Below, one piece after another: positions 9,926 to 19,758 of a stretch of 32,000 nucleotides of DNA. The stretch is from assembly GCF_000009045.1 (NCBI RefSeq), contig NC_000964.3, positions 2,520,001-2,552,000 on the forward strand. The letters run 5' to 3'. Each line of letters starts with the position of its first letter. Position 1 is the stretch's first letter. The DNA is from Bacillus subtilis subsp. subtilis str. 168. Lineage in GTDB: Bacteria; Bacillota; Bacilli; Bacillales; Bacillaceae. The position numbers and the translations under genes are program-made. A model generated the notes under the pieces. It saw only the letters and a list, made by a program, of their open reading frames with translations. It was not told the DNA's origin and searched no databases.

Positions 9926-10333
9926 TTACATTTCTTCGTCGATTTGGACTTCTTGGGCTTTTGTGTCAAATTGAATGCCGACGATGTGAATATTGATCTC
10001 GTTAATCGAAAGAGACGTCATATTTAATAAGGTTTGACGAATGTTTTCCTGAACGGATGCTGCAACTTTCGGAATCGAAACGCCAAATGTAACGACACAG
10101 TATACATCGATCGTAATTCCGTCATCCGCCAGGTCGACTTTGACACCTTTGCCATGATTCACTTTGCCAAAGCGCTCAACGACGCCTGTCGCAAAGTTTC
10201 CGCGCATTTCGGCAACTCCATCAACTTCTGATGCTGCAATGCCGGCAATGACCTCAATGACCTCCGGTGCAATCTCAACCTTACCCAAATGCGTATCTTC
10301 GTGATCCATTTTAAGCAAGCTGTTGTCTTTCAT
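9926..10333 (-). CDS. yqhY: Asp23/Gls24-family protein
   Basis: 135 aa. Asp23-type sequence (IAPEVIEVIAGIAASEVDGVAEM...). Sits immediately downstream of accC. Confidence 0.92.
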   Translation of the reverse strand: MKDNSLLKMDHEDTHLGKVEIAPEVIEVIAGIAASEVDGVAEMRGNFATGVVERFGKVNHGKGVKVDLADDGITIDVYCVVTFGVSIPKVAASVQENIRQTLLNMTSLSINEINIHIVGIQFDTKAQEVQIDEEM

Positions 10334-10353
10334 TCAATTCACCTCCGTAAAAA

Positions 10354-11706
10354 TTATGAGCCCATTACATCATATGTTTCTAAAAATTTCGTATTAAACT
10401 CTCCGCTCACAAATGTTTCGTGTTCAAGCAGTTTTAAATGGAAAGGGATTGTTGTCTCAATGCCTTCGATGACGAATTCGCTCAATGCGCGCTTCATGCG
10501 GGCAATCGCTTCATCTCTCGTTTTTCCGTATGTGATTACCTTTGCAATCATGCTGTCATAGTACGGTGGGATGGAATAGCCAGGGTACGCAGCTGAATCG
10601 ACACGGACACCAAGACCGCCAGGAGGCAGGTACATTTTAATTTCACCAGGTGACGGCATGAAATTTTTGCTTGGGTTTTCTGCGTTGATTCGGCATTCGA
10701 TGGCCCAGCCTTCAAATTCAACATCTTCTTGCTTGAGGCTCAGTTCCATTCCTGAAGCCACTTTGATTTGTTCCTTGATCAGGTCAGTTCCCGTCACCAT
10801 TTCTGTGACTGGGTGCTCCACCTGGATTCTCGTGTTCATTTCCATGAAGTAATAGCGCTGTTCATTGTAGTCATAGATAAATTCAACTGTTCCAGCACCT
10901 GTATAGCCAACCGCTTTGGCAGCCTTTACCGCTGCATCTCCCATTTGCTCCCTGATTTCTGAATCAAGGGCAGGAGATGGTGATTCTTCCAAAAGCTTTT
11001 GCAGGCGTCTTTGGATCGAGCAGTCGCGTTCGCCCAAATGGATCGTATTTCCGTAGTTATCAGCAAGCACTTGGATCTCAACGTGGCGAAAATCTTCTAT
11101 GTATTTTTCGATGTATACACCTGGATTCCCAAATGCAGTTGCCGCTTCCTGCTGTGTAATCTTAATGCCATTAATCAGTTCCTCTTCAGTGCGGGCAACC
11201 CTAATTCCTTTTCCGCCTCCGCCTGCGGTGGCTTTTATAATTACAGGATACCCAATTTCATTAGCAAGCGAAACCGCTTCTTCCACATTTTCTATAATTC
11301 CCTGTGAACCCGGTACGATTGGCACGCCGGCCTGTTTCATCGTTTCCCGCGCAACGTCTTTTGTTCCCATTTTTGAAATGGCGTCAGCGCTCGGGCCGAC
11401 AAACGTGACATTCACTTCTTCACATAATTCAGCGAAATCAGCATTTTCAGCTAAAAATCCGTATCCCGGATGAATGGCGTCCGTGCCAGTCAGCTTTGCA
11501 ACACTCACAATATTTGTAACGTTTAAATAGCTGTCTTTTGATGCTTTCGGTCCGATACAAAAAGCTTCATCGGCCATTTGAACATGAAGGGCATCTTTAT
11601 CAGCTTCTGAATAAACAGCGACAGTCTCAATTCCGAGCTCTCTGCAGGCTCTGATGATTCTGACAGCAATTTCTCCTCTGTTGGCGATCAATAGCTTTTT
11701 AATCAT
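10354..11706 (-). CDS. accC: Acetyl-CoA carboxylase, biotin carboxylase subunit
   Basis: 450 aa. ATP-grasp fold with glycine loop [12 protein letters not shown] and [14 protein letters not shown] motif. Confidence 0.98.
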   Translation of the reverse strand: MIKKLLIANRGEIAVRIIRACRELGIETVAVYSEADKDALHVQMADEAFCIGPKASKDSYLNVTNIVSVAKLTGTDAIHPGYGFLAENADFAELCEEVNVTFVGPSADAISKMGTKDVARETMKQAGVPIVPGSQGIIENVEEAVSLANEIGYPVIIKATAGGGGKGIRVARTEEELINGIKITQQEAATAFGNPGVYIEKYIEDFRHVEIQVLADNYGNTIHLGERDCSIQRRLQKLLEESPSPALDSEIREQMGDAAVKAAKAVGYTGAGTVEFIYDYNEQRYYFMEMNTRIQVEHPVTEMVTGTDLIKEQIKVASGMELSLKQEDVEFEGWAIECRINAENPSKNFMPSPGEIKMYLPPGGLGVRVDSAAYPGYSIPPYYDSMIAKVITYGKTRDEAIARMKRALSEFVIEGIETTIPFHLKLLEHETFVSGEFNTKFLETYDVMGS

Positions 11707-11717
11707 GTTCAGTCTCC

Positions 11718-12197
11718 TTACTCCGCTTTTACAAGAAATAGAGGTTGTCCGTATTCGACCAGCTGGCCGTTTTCTACTAATACTTCAACGATTTCGCCTT
11801 TCACTTCTGCTTCGATTTCGTTGAAAAGCTTCATCGCTTCTACAATGCAGACAACTGTGTTTTCATTTACTTTTGAACCGGCTGTTACATACGGGCCAGC
11901 TTCCGGTGATGAAGAAGCATAAAATGTTCCTACCATTGGTGAAGTGATTTTATGCAGATTCTCATCTTGCTTTGGTGCTTCTTGGGCAGGTGCCGCTGCT
12001 TGCTGCGCTTGCGGCTGAACTGCCTGCGGAGCCTGTGCTTGTACAGGTGCTGCCGGTGCCTGCTGCATGACTTGAACCGTGCCTGCTTCGTGTTTTTTCA
12101 GTTTTAAGGATACACCTTCATTTTCATATACGAATTCGTCAATTGTAGACTCGTCAATTGCTTTAATCAGCTCGTGGATTTCTTTGATATTTAACAT
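11718..12197 (-). CDS. accB: Acetyl-CoA carboxylase, biotin carboxyl carrier protein
   Basis: 159 aa. Pro/Ala/Gln-rich linker and biotinyl-lysine motif EAMKL in the C-terminal lipoyl-like domain. Confidence 0.97.
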
Positions 12198-12264
12198 TCA
12201 ATCGCACTCCTATGTATGAAATTTCTTTTTTTATAGGTTACTACTAAAAGTACATACTATGTTC

Positions 12265-12293
12265 ATCTTACAGGAGCGGACTTTTGAATTCAA
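12265..12293 (-). promoter_or_regulatory. Candidate sigma-A promoter for accB-accC
   Basis: Reverse strand reads TTGAAT-N17-TAAGAT, about 65 nt upstream of the accB ATG and just downstream of the spoIIIAH terminator. Confidence 0.55.
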
Positions 12294-12312
12294 CTCTAAT
12301 ATGACAGCAACG

Positions 12313-12343
12313 CAAAAAGCCCGCTTGTTTAGCGGGCTTTTTT
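12313..12343 (-). terminator. Rho-independent terminator of the spoIIIA operon
   Basis: AAAAGCCCGC-UAAACAA-GCGGGCUUUU with U-run. Stem is 12315..12324 / 12332..12341. It is symmetric, so potentially bidirectional. Confidence 0.85.
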
Positions 12344-12352
12344 CCCTCATTC

Positions 12353-13009
12353 TTATTTAGAGGGTTCAAATGTGACAGCGACATCTTTCATTGTTTTGAT
12401 TTCTTTTGCCACAAGGTCTATAATGGCTGTCGCCTTCGATTTAGAGTGTTTGTCTGATTTGACTGTAATATTGATTTTATCTCCTTCAGCATTAACAAGC
12501 GCATCCTCGTAACCTTGTGTTTTAATCAGCGTTTCCAGCTGTTTTTCTGTTCCTTCCACTTCACTGAGAGCCGTCATTTTATCGTATGCTTCGCTTTTCT
12601 CCTTGGCTGTTGCATCATCGCTTGACACAATGGCATTCAGCTCTTCTCTTTCTTTGCTTCTGGCATCTTCTAAATCAAGACGGTACGTTGTAAACAAATC
12701 ATCATCGGCTGTTTCCGTAACAACAGTTCCTTTTTCACTGGCTTCAGCGGATGTTTCCTTGTCTGCTGATGAATCTTTCGTTCCCTTTGTTCCATCTTCT
12801 TTTCCTTTTTCAGTTTCTGTACCGCTTTTTTCCTTCGTGTCTTGCTTGGCAGGCGCTTTTTCAGTTGCGACCTCTCCGCTGTCAGACGCGCTTTTTTCAC
12901 TTTGCATCTGCACGGCGTTTTTGCTTTCCGGCGACATGATATAGTAGACGCTTAACACCACGACAAGACTGAGCATTGTTAATAGCCAAACGGTTTGTTT
13001 TTTAAGCAT
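12353..13009 (-). CDS. spoIIIAH: Stage III sporulation protein AH (YscJ/FliF-like domain, forms the channel with forespore SpoIIQ)
   Basis: 218 aa. N-terminal TM anchor, charged K/E/T/S-rich linker, C-terminal globular domain. Last gene of the operon. Confidence 0.93.
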   Translation of the reverse strand: MLKKQTVWLLTMLSLVVVLSVYYIMSPESKNAVQMQSEKSASDSGEVATEKAPAKQDTKEKSGTETEKGKEDGTKGTKDSSADKETSAEASEKGTVVTETADDDLFTTYRLDLEDARSKEREELNAIVSSDDATAKEKSEAYDKMTALSEVEGTEKQLETLIKTQGYEDALVNAEGDKINITVKSDKHSKSKATAIIDLVAKEIKTMKDVAVTFEPSK

Positions 13010-13699
13010 TTATGAATCCTCCTTTATTTTTTTAGGGGCAACCGCAACCCGGTGGCTTGGAACATCCAGGACCCGTGTCACCGCTTCGATAATGGTTTGT
13101 TTTATTTGAACGTTGTCCACTCCTTGAGCAACAACGAGTACACCGCGTATATCAGGTTTTTTCGTTTGGACGACGACAGGTGTTTCTTTATCGCCGTTTT
13201 TGATCATGACGATTTCTTCCTCCGATGATTGGTCTGTAACGCTTCTTTTTCCGCCTTCTTTGTCAGTTTCTTCAGTGGTTGTATTTTTGTTTGATTTGTT
13301 TTTTTCGTATACTTTCAGCGACGTTGCATCTACATTCACGACAACCGAGACATCGTCCACACCAATGATTGTTTCAAGAATTTCTTTCAGTTGATTTTCG
13401 TATTCTTTTTCATAGTCATCGATCGAGTCTTTAGGTTTATCAGATTTTGAGGCTTTAAACACTTCGGCTGTTTTCTCTTTGCTGTCTGCGGAATGTTGTG
13501 ATGATACGGCCGTTATCGTTTTGGCGTTTTCAGTTTTCTCAGGTGAAGAAAACAGCTGGCTGACAAGCATAAAGGAAACTCCGAGAACAAAAACGAATAG
13601 AAAGTAATGATATTTGGTCAGCTTCGGCTTTTCGCCGTCCTTCGTTTGTCCCGGAAGAAACTGCTTTTTCAATACATTCCATAATCCGTTTTTATTCAT
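13010..13699 (-). CDS. spoIIIAG: Stage III sporulation protein AG (ring-building-motif protein)
   Basis: The start is set to ATG 13699 (229 aa, MNKNGLWNVL...), preceded by GGGGAG-N8. The ORF-track start at 13744 lies inside spoIIIAF. One TM segment, then a soluble domain. Confidence 0.9.
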   Translation of the reverse strand: MNKNGLWNVLKKQFLPGQTKDGEKPKLTKYHYFLFVFVLGVSFMLVSQLFSSPEKTENAKTITAVSSQHSADSKEKTAEVFKASKSDKPKDSIDDYEKEYENQLKEILETIIGVDDVSVVVNVDATSLKVYEKNKSNKNTTTEETDKEGGKRSVTDQSSEEEIVMIKNGDKETPVVVQTKKPDIRGVLVVAQGVDNVQIKQTIIEAVTRVLDVPSHRVAVAPKKIKEDS

Positions 13700-14312
13700 T
13701 GCCGACACTCTCCCCGCCTTCCATATGAACCGTAATTTTCTCACTTCCGATTTCCCAAATGTCCGCGAGCTGCGTTTGTATCTGTTTGGCTTCTTTTTGT
13801 TCGGCTGCTTCTTTTGTTACGTATGCATGATCTGTATCAATGTGGACCGGCGCGACCGTTTGGACCGTTTTTTCAGAAGACGGGGCCATATACACGCTGA
13901 TTGTTTTAATATCCTCTTCTGAATCTACCTTTTCTCCTGCCGTGAGTTTGATGCGGCCTACTTTATATTCATCATGACTGAATCTCTCCTCCGCTTTCTT
14001 TTTTAGTTGGACAGCCATTTCTTCTAGAATATATGCGCGCTGGGAAGCTTGTATTTCTATTTTTTTTGAATTGATTTGATTTTTTATGTCGGCAGACTCT
14101 GACTGCCCGTTTTTTGTGAGGTATTCAAAGATGACTTCGGGGTCTGTCTTGAAAAGTTTAAAAATCGGCGTAAGCATGACGACAATCAAGAGCAGGCTGA
14201 CTACCATTTTTGCGTACTTTTGCATGCTGGAGCTCGGCAGCAGCATATCAATCACAATTGCAAATAGGATAAACAACACGATGGTGGTAAGCCATTCCGT
14301 TAAAAAACTCAT
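13692..14312 (-). CDS. spoIIIAF: Stage III sporulation protein AF
   Basis: 206 aa. Two N-terminal TM helices, then a soluble domain. 8-nt overlap with the spoIIIAG start. Confidence 0.92.
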   Translation of the reverse strand: MSFLTEWLTTIVLFILFAIVIDMLLPSSSMQKYAKMVVSLLLIVVMLTPIFKLFKTDPEVIFEYLTKNGQSESADIKNQINSKKIEIQASQRAYILEEMAVQLKKKAEERFSHDEYKVGRIKLTAGEKVDSEEDIKTISVYMAPSSEKTVQTVAPVHIDTDHAYVTKEAAEQKEAKQIQTQLADIWEIGSEKITVHMEGGESVGNE

Positions 14313-14325
14313 TTGCCTGCCTCCT

Positions 14326-15525
14326 TCATTTCATCATCATCGTGAGGTTTCCGGCTGTGATTATGACAGTAAGGCTTAAAAAAAACATGAGAGACACAAT
14401 GGCGAGAGCTGCAAAAATATAAATGACGCTTTTGCTGATGACGTCGAGGCAGGTGATGACGGGCCCGCCTCCTAGCGGCTGAAGAATCGCGGCTGCCAGC
14501 TTATAAATAAAAGCGAGGGAAAGCACTTTGATTGCCGGAAATGCCGCAATACAGATCAAAATAGCGACACCGAGAATCCCTACCGTATTTTTCAGCAGTA
14601 AAGAGGCGCTGATTACTGTATCTGTTGCGTCTGTAAACATTCGGCCAAGCACAGGAATAAAATTTCCGGTTATAAATTTAGCCGTCCTGAGCGTAATGCC
14701 GTCTGTCACTGCAGCTGACGCTCCCTGAACAGAGATGACGCCGAGAAAGATGGTAAGAAAAACAGCCAGTGCTCCGATGGCGATATTTCTGAGCAGGTTA
14801 GCCAGCTGCGTTACTTTGTATTGTTCAGTCATCGTGCTGACAATGCTCAGAATCGCTGATAAAAAAATCAGCGGCATGACGATATTCTGAATCAAGAGAC
14901 CGCTCGTGTTCATCAGGAAGAGGATAACAGGATGAAAGAAGGCAGCAGATACAGCTCCGCCTGAGGAAGCCAAAAGCGCCAAGAGGAGCGGAATGAGCGC
15001 CAGGATAAAGCTGGTCATCGTCTGAATCGCCTCAGTTGCATAGTTAATTGCCACATGAAAGCTATTAAGCGCAAGGATAATCAGCACCATGTACACAATT
15101 GAGTAAGCGACCTTACTGACGGTGCTTTGCTGAAAAGCATTTTGCAAAAGCTGCAGAATGACGCAAAAAATCGTGAGCAAAATCAATGTGCCCAGCAGCT
15201 TTCCGTTGGCAAGCACTTCATGAAACAAATAAGAAAAGAGAGCTTTCAGCCATTCTTGCGGTGAGAATGATTTATCGCCATTGATAAACTCCATTAAGCT
15301 GCCTTTTTGGCTTTCCGGCAGCAGTCCGCCGTATTCTGTCATAATGTCATTCCAAAATTCCCCGATCTTATCTGTTTCAAGCGAGGCTGCTGTCCTTTCC
15401 GCTAATTGCTCGGCTGTTTCAGCATGGTCTTCCGTTTGTTCTGCATTACCAGCTGCTTGTACAATTTCTGCACGGCCTGCTATGATCAGCACGGCCAAAA
15501 GCAAAACCCATTGAAAGCGCTTCAA
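14326..15525 (-). CDS. spoIIIAE: Stage III sporulation protein AE (polytopic membrane permease-like)
   Basis: 399 aa. Signal peptide (LLLAVLIIAGRAEIVQA), then about 7 hydrophobic segments. Confidence 0.93.
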   Translation of the reverse strand: MKRFQWVLLLAVLIIAGRAEIVQAAGNAEQTEDHAETAEQLAERTAASLETDKIGEFWNDIMTEYGGLLPESQKGSLMEFINGDKSFSPQEWLKALFSYLFHEVLANGKLLGTLILLTIFCVILQLLQNAFQQSTVSKVAYSIVYMVLIILALNSFHVAINYATEAIQTMTSFILALIPLLLALLASSGGAVSAAFFHPVILFLMNTSGLLIQNIVMPLIFLSAILSIVSTMTEQYKVTQLANLLRNIAIGALAVFLTIFLGVISVQGASAAVTDGITLRTAKFITGNFIPVLGRMFTDATDTVISASLLLKNTVGILGVAILICIAAFPAIKVLSLAFIYKLAAAILQPLGGGPVITCLDVISKSVIYIFAALAIVSLMFFLSLTVIITAGNLTMMMK

Positions 15526-15543
15526 TCTACCGCCTCCTTTCGG

Positions 15544-15945
15544 TTATGACATAGAAGGTATAAGTCCGAGAATCGTTTCGATAATGACGGTTAAAATAGG
15601 CACAGCCATTACGAGTATTAAAATTTTCCCCGCCAATTCTATTTTCGAGGCGATGGCTCCTTGACCGGCATCTTTTGTGAGCTGTGCCCCGAATTCAGCA
15701 ATATAGGCGATTCCGATAATCTTTAAAATGGTTTCAACATAGACCATGTTGACATTTGCATTAATCGCAATTTTTTCTATCATTCGAATAATGTCGTAGA
15801 TTTGGTCTACCAAATAAAGAAAAATGGCACATCCGGCAAAAACGACGATTAAAAACGCAAAAGTCGGCTTTTGTTCTTTTACAATTAAAGAAAGGAAGGT
15901 GGCGATCAGCCCTAAACCTACAATTTGAACAATGTCAATCTGCAA
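15544..15945 (-). CDS. spoIIIAD: Stage III sporulation protein AD (small membrane protein)
   Basis: 133 aa, four hydrophobic segments, operon position. Confidence 0.92.
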   Translation of the reverse strand: MQIDIVQIVGLGLIATFLSLIVKEQKPTFAFLIVVFAGCAIFLYLVDQIYDIIRMIEKIAINANVNMVYVETILKIIGIAYIAEFGAQLTKDAGQGAIASKIELAGKILILVMAVPILTVIIETILGLIPSMS

Positions 15946-15951
15946 GCCCCC

Positions 15952-16158
15952 CTATCCTTGGAATAAAAACACAGCTTTTATCTTTTTAAATAGGTCATCT
16001 ACAATCGTGGCGACCATAAATAAAATATAGATAAAACCTAACAGCGTCACCCACTGAGCATATTCTTTCTTGCCCATCTGATCCAATATCGTGTGTAAAA
16101 AAGCGACCACGATTCCCACTCCGGCGATTTGAAATATGACATTCACGTCTACTCCCAT
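15952..16158 (-). CDS. spoIIIAC: Stage III sporulation protein AC (small membrane protein)
   Basis: 68 aa, two hydrophobic helices, operon position. Confidence 0.9.
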   Translation of the reverse strand: MGVDVNVIFQIAGVGIVVAFLHTILDQMGKKEYAQWVTLLGFIYILFMVATIVDDLFKKIKAVFLFQG

Positions 16159-16180
16159 TTTATTTTTGCTCCCCTCACGT

Positions 16181-16696
16181 TTACATCAATAGAAGAATGA
16201 GTAACAAGCCCGCTAAAAAGCCCAAACTTTTTATCATCTTTTCGTTTTTCGCTTGCGCCTGCTCAGCATCCGCTTCTGAGGCTTCCAAATGTGTCAGCGC
16301 CAGCTTGATGTGCTTTTGCTGAGAGATTCGATCATGAATCCCAAGCGTCTCGCCAAACTGCTTCAGCACTTCGTATTCGCTTTTTTTCAAAGACAGGGTG
16401 TCCCATACCTTCTTTAAGCTTTGCTCCCACGCCGTTTTCGCGGAATCACTTCCCTTGTCCAGCTGATCACTGAATGCGGAAAAAAGAGTTGAAACAGGCT
16501 GTGCGAGCTGTTTGGCAATCTGCTGTGAAGCAGTATGAAGCGGTGTATGGCCGTACATGATTTCAGCCTCGAGGGATTGAAGCGCCGCACGCAGCTGGCG
16601 GATTTGCCGCGGCCGTTCTGTATAAATCTTCGCCATCTCAAAACCTGTCCATGTTGTCGCTACCACAATGAATACAGCGCCCAGCAGCTTCAGCAT
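16181..16696 (-). CDS. spoIIIAB: Stage III sporulation protein AB (GspF-like)
   Basis: 171 aa. N- and C-terminal TM helices flank a helical cytoplasmic domain. 7-nt overlap with the spoIIIAA stop. Confidence 0.92.
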   Translation of the reverse strand: MLKLLGAVFIVVATTWTGFEMAKIYTERPRQIRQLRAALQSLEAEIMYGHTPLHTASQQIAKQLAQPVSTLFSAFSDQLDKGSDSAKTAWEQSLKKVWDTLSLKKSEYEVLKQFGETLGIHDRISQQKHIKLALTHLEASEADAEQAQAKNEKMIKSLGFLAGLLLILLLM

Positions 16697-17613
16697 GTTT
16701 TCACGCCCGTCGTCCTAGACAGCACATTTCCGTCTTTGTCATAAATTTGGCTCACTGTGCCCGGCCCTTTTGCTCTTGATAATTCCAAATAGCGGTCAAA
16801 GGCTCTTTCTTCCCACAAACGCTTCAATGAAGGCCGCTTCATCAGGTCGGATATACTCCAGCCATGCGCCGATACGATTACTGAAACACCGGCATGCAGC
16901 GCCTCCAGAAGTGCATCTGTATCTTCCATACGCCCGATTTCATCGACAATCATCACCTCAGGGCTCATGGATCGAATCATCATCATCAGCCCTTCAGCTT
17001 TTGGACAGGCGTCTAACACGTCAATTCTCTGACCAAATTGATGCTGCGGAATACCGCGAAGACATCCGGCAATCTCTGACCGTTCATCGACGATCCCTGT
17101 CTTTACGGGCAGCATGTTTTTTTTGCCGGTGCTTGAGAGCCTCGCAAGGTCCCGGAGAAGTGTTGTTTTGCCGGTTTGGGGCGGTCCGATAATCAGCGTA
17201 TTCAGCCAGCTGTTTTGATATAAGTATGGAAGCAGCGGCTCCGCAATCCCCAGCTTTTGCCGGGCAATTCGTATATTAAAAGATGCGATGTCACGGAGGC
17301 CTTTCACACCTCCGTTTTCCGTAATGACTCTGCCCGCCAGTCCGACTCTGTGGCCGCCTCTGATCGTGACATACCCTTTCTTCAGCTCTTCTTCAAGTGT
17401 ATACATACTATAGTTGCTGAGCCGGCTCAGGATCAGATGGGCATCCTCGGCCGTGCCCGCATAGGACAAATAAACAGGTTGTCCTCTTCGAATCAATTCA
17501 ACAGGGCGGTTGATCCGAATTCTGACTTCTTCGATTTCCAGCCATTGTTGTTCCGGTATTTCAGAAAGGGCGTTTTTCATGGATTCAGGGAGAACCTCAG
17601 CGATTTCATTCAA
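16690..17613 (-). CDS. spoIIIAA: Stage III sporulation protein AA (secretion-ATPase-like AAA+ protein)
   Basis: 307 aa. Walker A GPPQTGKTT and Walker B MIVDEIG. SD AGGAGGAGG upstream. Confidence 0.95.
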   Translation of the reverse strand: MNEIAEVLPESMKNALSEIPEQQWLEIEEVRIRINRPVELIRRGQPVYLSYAGTAEDAHLILSRLSNYSMYTLEEELKKGYVTIRGGHRVGLAGRVITENGGVKGLRDIASFNIRIARQKLGIAEPLLPYLYQNSWLNTLIIGPPQTGKTTLLRDLARLSSTGKKNMLPVKTGIVDERSEIAGCLRGIPQHQFGQRIDVLDACPKAEGLMMMIRSMSPEVMIVDEIGRMEDTDALLEALHAGVSVIVSAHGWSISDLMKRPSLKRLWEERAFDRYLELSRAKGPGTVSQIYDKDGNVLSRTTGVKTC

Positions 17614-17649
17614 CAGAGCCTCCTCCTTTCTACCGATTGGCTTCTTTAA

Positions 17650-17678
17650 AATGTATGATGTGAGGCAGACTTTATGAC
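17650..17678 (-). promoter_or_regulatory. Sigma-E-type promoter of the spoIIIA operon
   Basis: Reverse strand reads TCATAAA-N13-CATACATT, a good fit to the mother-cell sigma-E consensus (xxATAxx / CATACAxT). It lies 37 nt upstream of the spoIIIAA ATG. Confidence 0.7.
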
Positions 17679-17688
17679 AAGCCTCTCT

Positions 17689-17970
17689 TTATTTATGAAC
17701 ACCCGCCAAAATCAAGACAACACCCGTAAAAATCAGAATCAGCTTTGCATACGAAAGCTGCCCGGCAATTTGGTAGATTCCGACAGTCATTGTAATGATA
17801 AAAATCAACGGACCGACAATAGCGAGAATGCTGTTAACCACAACCGCCTTCCGGACATCGTTGGTCACAAGCATGACAATTGCTGCCGTCAGCTCAATCA
17901 TAGAGGATAAAACTCGTAATCCCGCCATTGTTAAAACAGTAGAATTGATATTTCCAAGTAAAAATTTCAT
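17689..17970 (-). CDS. yqhV: Small integral membrane protein of unknown function
   Basis: The start is set to ATG 17970 (93 aa, MKFLLGNINS...), with a GGGAGGTTGGGAGAG SD region upstream. The ORF-track start at 17991 would translate through its own SD. Three hydrophobic helices. Confidence 0.85.
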   Translation of the reverse strand: MKFLLGNINSTVLTMAGLRVLSSMIELTAAIVMLVTNDVRKAVVVNSILAIVGPLIFIITMTVGIYQIAGQLSYAKLILIFTGVVLILAGVHK

Positions 17971-18069
17971 AGCACTCTCCCAACCTCCCATTTTTTTATA
18001 TGATATGCTCTAGCTTGCTGAAGTAGTCTTGTCATTTTCGTATAAAAGAAAGATTCTGTTTTTGGGCAC

Positions 18070-18100
18070 AAAAAAAGCCTGCTCCCATTTGGGAACAGAC
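18070..18100 (-). terminator. Rho-independent terminator after efp
   Basis: Reverse strand reads GUCUGUUCCC-AAAU-GGGAGCAGGC followed by UUUUUUU. The 10-bp stem has two G-U pairs that exist only in the minus-strand RNA. Confidence 0.8.
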
Positions 18101-18114
18101 TTCTTTTTTTCTTT

Positions 18115-18672
18115 CTATGCTCTTGAAACGTAAGAACCGTCTGATGTATTGACAACAAGTGTGTCGCCTTCATTCACAAAGAACGGCACGTTTACAACAA
18201 GCCCGGTTTCAGTTTTCGCAGGTTTTGTACCGCCTGACGCTGTATCACCTTTAATACCAGGTTCAGTTTCAACAACTTTCAGCTCAACTGTGTTTGGAAG
18301 TTCGATACCAAGTGTTTCATCCTGGTACATCATGATATGCACAGACATGTTTTCTAGCAGGTATTTTAATTCTTCTTCGATTTGAGTTGCGCTCAGTTCA
18401 AGCTGCTCATAAGAAGAAGTATCCATAAATACGTGCTGATCTCCGTTTGCATATAGATATTGCATTGTTTTGGTTTCGATTTGCGCTTTCGCTACTTTTT
18501 CACCAGCGCGGAATGTTTTTTCCTGAATCGCGCCAGTGCGAAGGTTGCGGAGTTTAGAGCGGACAAATGCCGCACCTTTTCCAGGTTTTACGTGCTGGAA
18601 GTCAACGACGCGCCAAATGCCGCCATCTACTTCAATTGTTAATCCTGTACGGAAATCGTTAACTGAAATCAT
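18115..18672 (-). CDS. efp: Translation elongation factor P
   Basis: The start is set to ATG 18672 (185 aa, [10 protein letters not shown]...), preceded by AGGAGG-N9. Conserved modified-lysine loop VKPGKGAAF. Confidence 0.97.
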
Positions 18673-18696
18673 GTTTAATGTCCTCCTATATTCCAA

Positions 18697-19758
18697 TCAC
18701 AAAATAATAAGTTCTTTTGGGGAATGGGTGATTGTCCGGTTGCCGTTTTCTGTAATCACGATGTCATCTTCAATGCGGACACCGCCTGTTTCTGGTATGT
18801 AAATGCCCGGCTCCACTGTGACCACCATACCCGGTTCAAGGATAGCTGAAGATCTGACGGATAATCCCGGCGATTCATGAACTTCCATGCCGAGCCCGTG
18901 CCCGGTTGAATGGCCGAAATAGTCACCGTAGCCTTTTGCAGCAATATGATCCCTTGTGAGGGCGTCAGCCTCTTTTCCTGTCATTCCCGGCTTAATATGT
19001 GCGACGCCAAGCGCCTGAGCATCAAATACAACCTGATAGATCTCCTTCAATTGATCACTGGGCTGACCTACAGCGACCGTCCGGGTAATATCAGAACAAT
19101 ATCCTTTATAATAAGCGCCAAAATCAAGCGTAACAAGGTCTCCGCTTTCAATCAGTTTGTCACTGGCCACACCGTGCGGAAGGCTTGAACGAAGGCCTGA
19201 GGCGACAATCATATCAAAAGAAGAGCTGTCTGCTCCCTGGCTTCTCATATAAAACTCCAGCTCATTGGCAACAGCGATTTCAGAAATGCCGGGTTTCATA
19301 AACGTCAAGATATGTCTGAAGGCATCATCTGCAATCTTCGCAGCTTCCTCTAATATCTTAATCTCTTCACTAGACTTAATCAAGCGCAACTTTTCCACGG
19401 ATTCAGCCACAGGCACTAATTCGGCATCACTGATAACGGCGCTGTATGAAGCGTAAGTGCCATATGTCATGCTGTTCTGTTCAAAGCCGAGACGCTTGAT
19501 GCCAAACGATTCAACAGTGTCGGCAGTGGTCTGAATCAAGCTGCCGCCATGTTCAATGATCTCAAAACCCTTTACCTGAACCTTCGCCTGCTCAGTATAA
19601 CGAAAATCCGTAATAAACGCTGCTTTGTCACCCGATATAACAGCCAAACCCGCCGAACCTGTAAACCCTGTCATATAGCGTACATTAGTGTTGCTTGTAA
19701 TCAGCATGCCGTCAATTCCCAGCTGTCCAAACAGGTTTCTTAATTTCTCTAGCTTCAT
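18697..19758 (-). CDS. papA: M24-family Xaa-Pro aminopeptidase
   Basis: 353 aa (formerly yqhT). Creatinase-like N-domain plus pita-bread domain with metal-ligand motifs DFGAYYKGYCSDITR, HSTGHGLGMEVHE and VEPGIY. Confidence 0.94.
   Translation of the reverse strand: MKLEKLRNLFGQLGIDGMLITSNTNVRYMTGFTGSAGLAVISGDKAAFITDFRYTEQAKVQVKGFEIIEHGGSLIQTTADTVESFGIKRLGFEQNSMTYGTYASYSAVISDAELVPVAESVEKLRLIKSSEEIKILEEAAKIADDAFRHILTFMKPGISEIAVANELEFYMRSQGADSSSFDMIVASGLRSSLPHGVASDKLIESGDLVTLDFGAYYKGYCSDITRTVAVGQPSDQLKEIYQVVFDAQALGVAHIKPGMTGKEADALTRDHIAAKGYGDYFGHSTGHGLGMEVHESPGLSVRSSAILEPGMVVTVEPGIYIPETGGVRIEDDIVITENGNRTITHSPKELIIL

Noticed and set aside
12670-12900. 76-aa extremely basic ORF on the minus strand inside spoIIIAH, in an alternative frame
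   Set aside because: It is a frame-shifted reading of the GAA/AAA/ACA-rich linker of spoIIIAH. It has no independent SD, and its composition is an artefact of the repetitive codon usage.
17967-18173. 68-aa minus-strand ORF bridging the efp 3' end and the yqhV start
   Set aside because: It reads straight through the efp terminator hairpin and overlaps efp out of frame. It has no SD.
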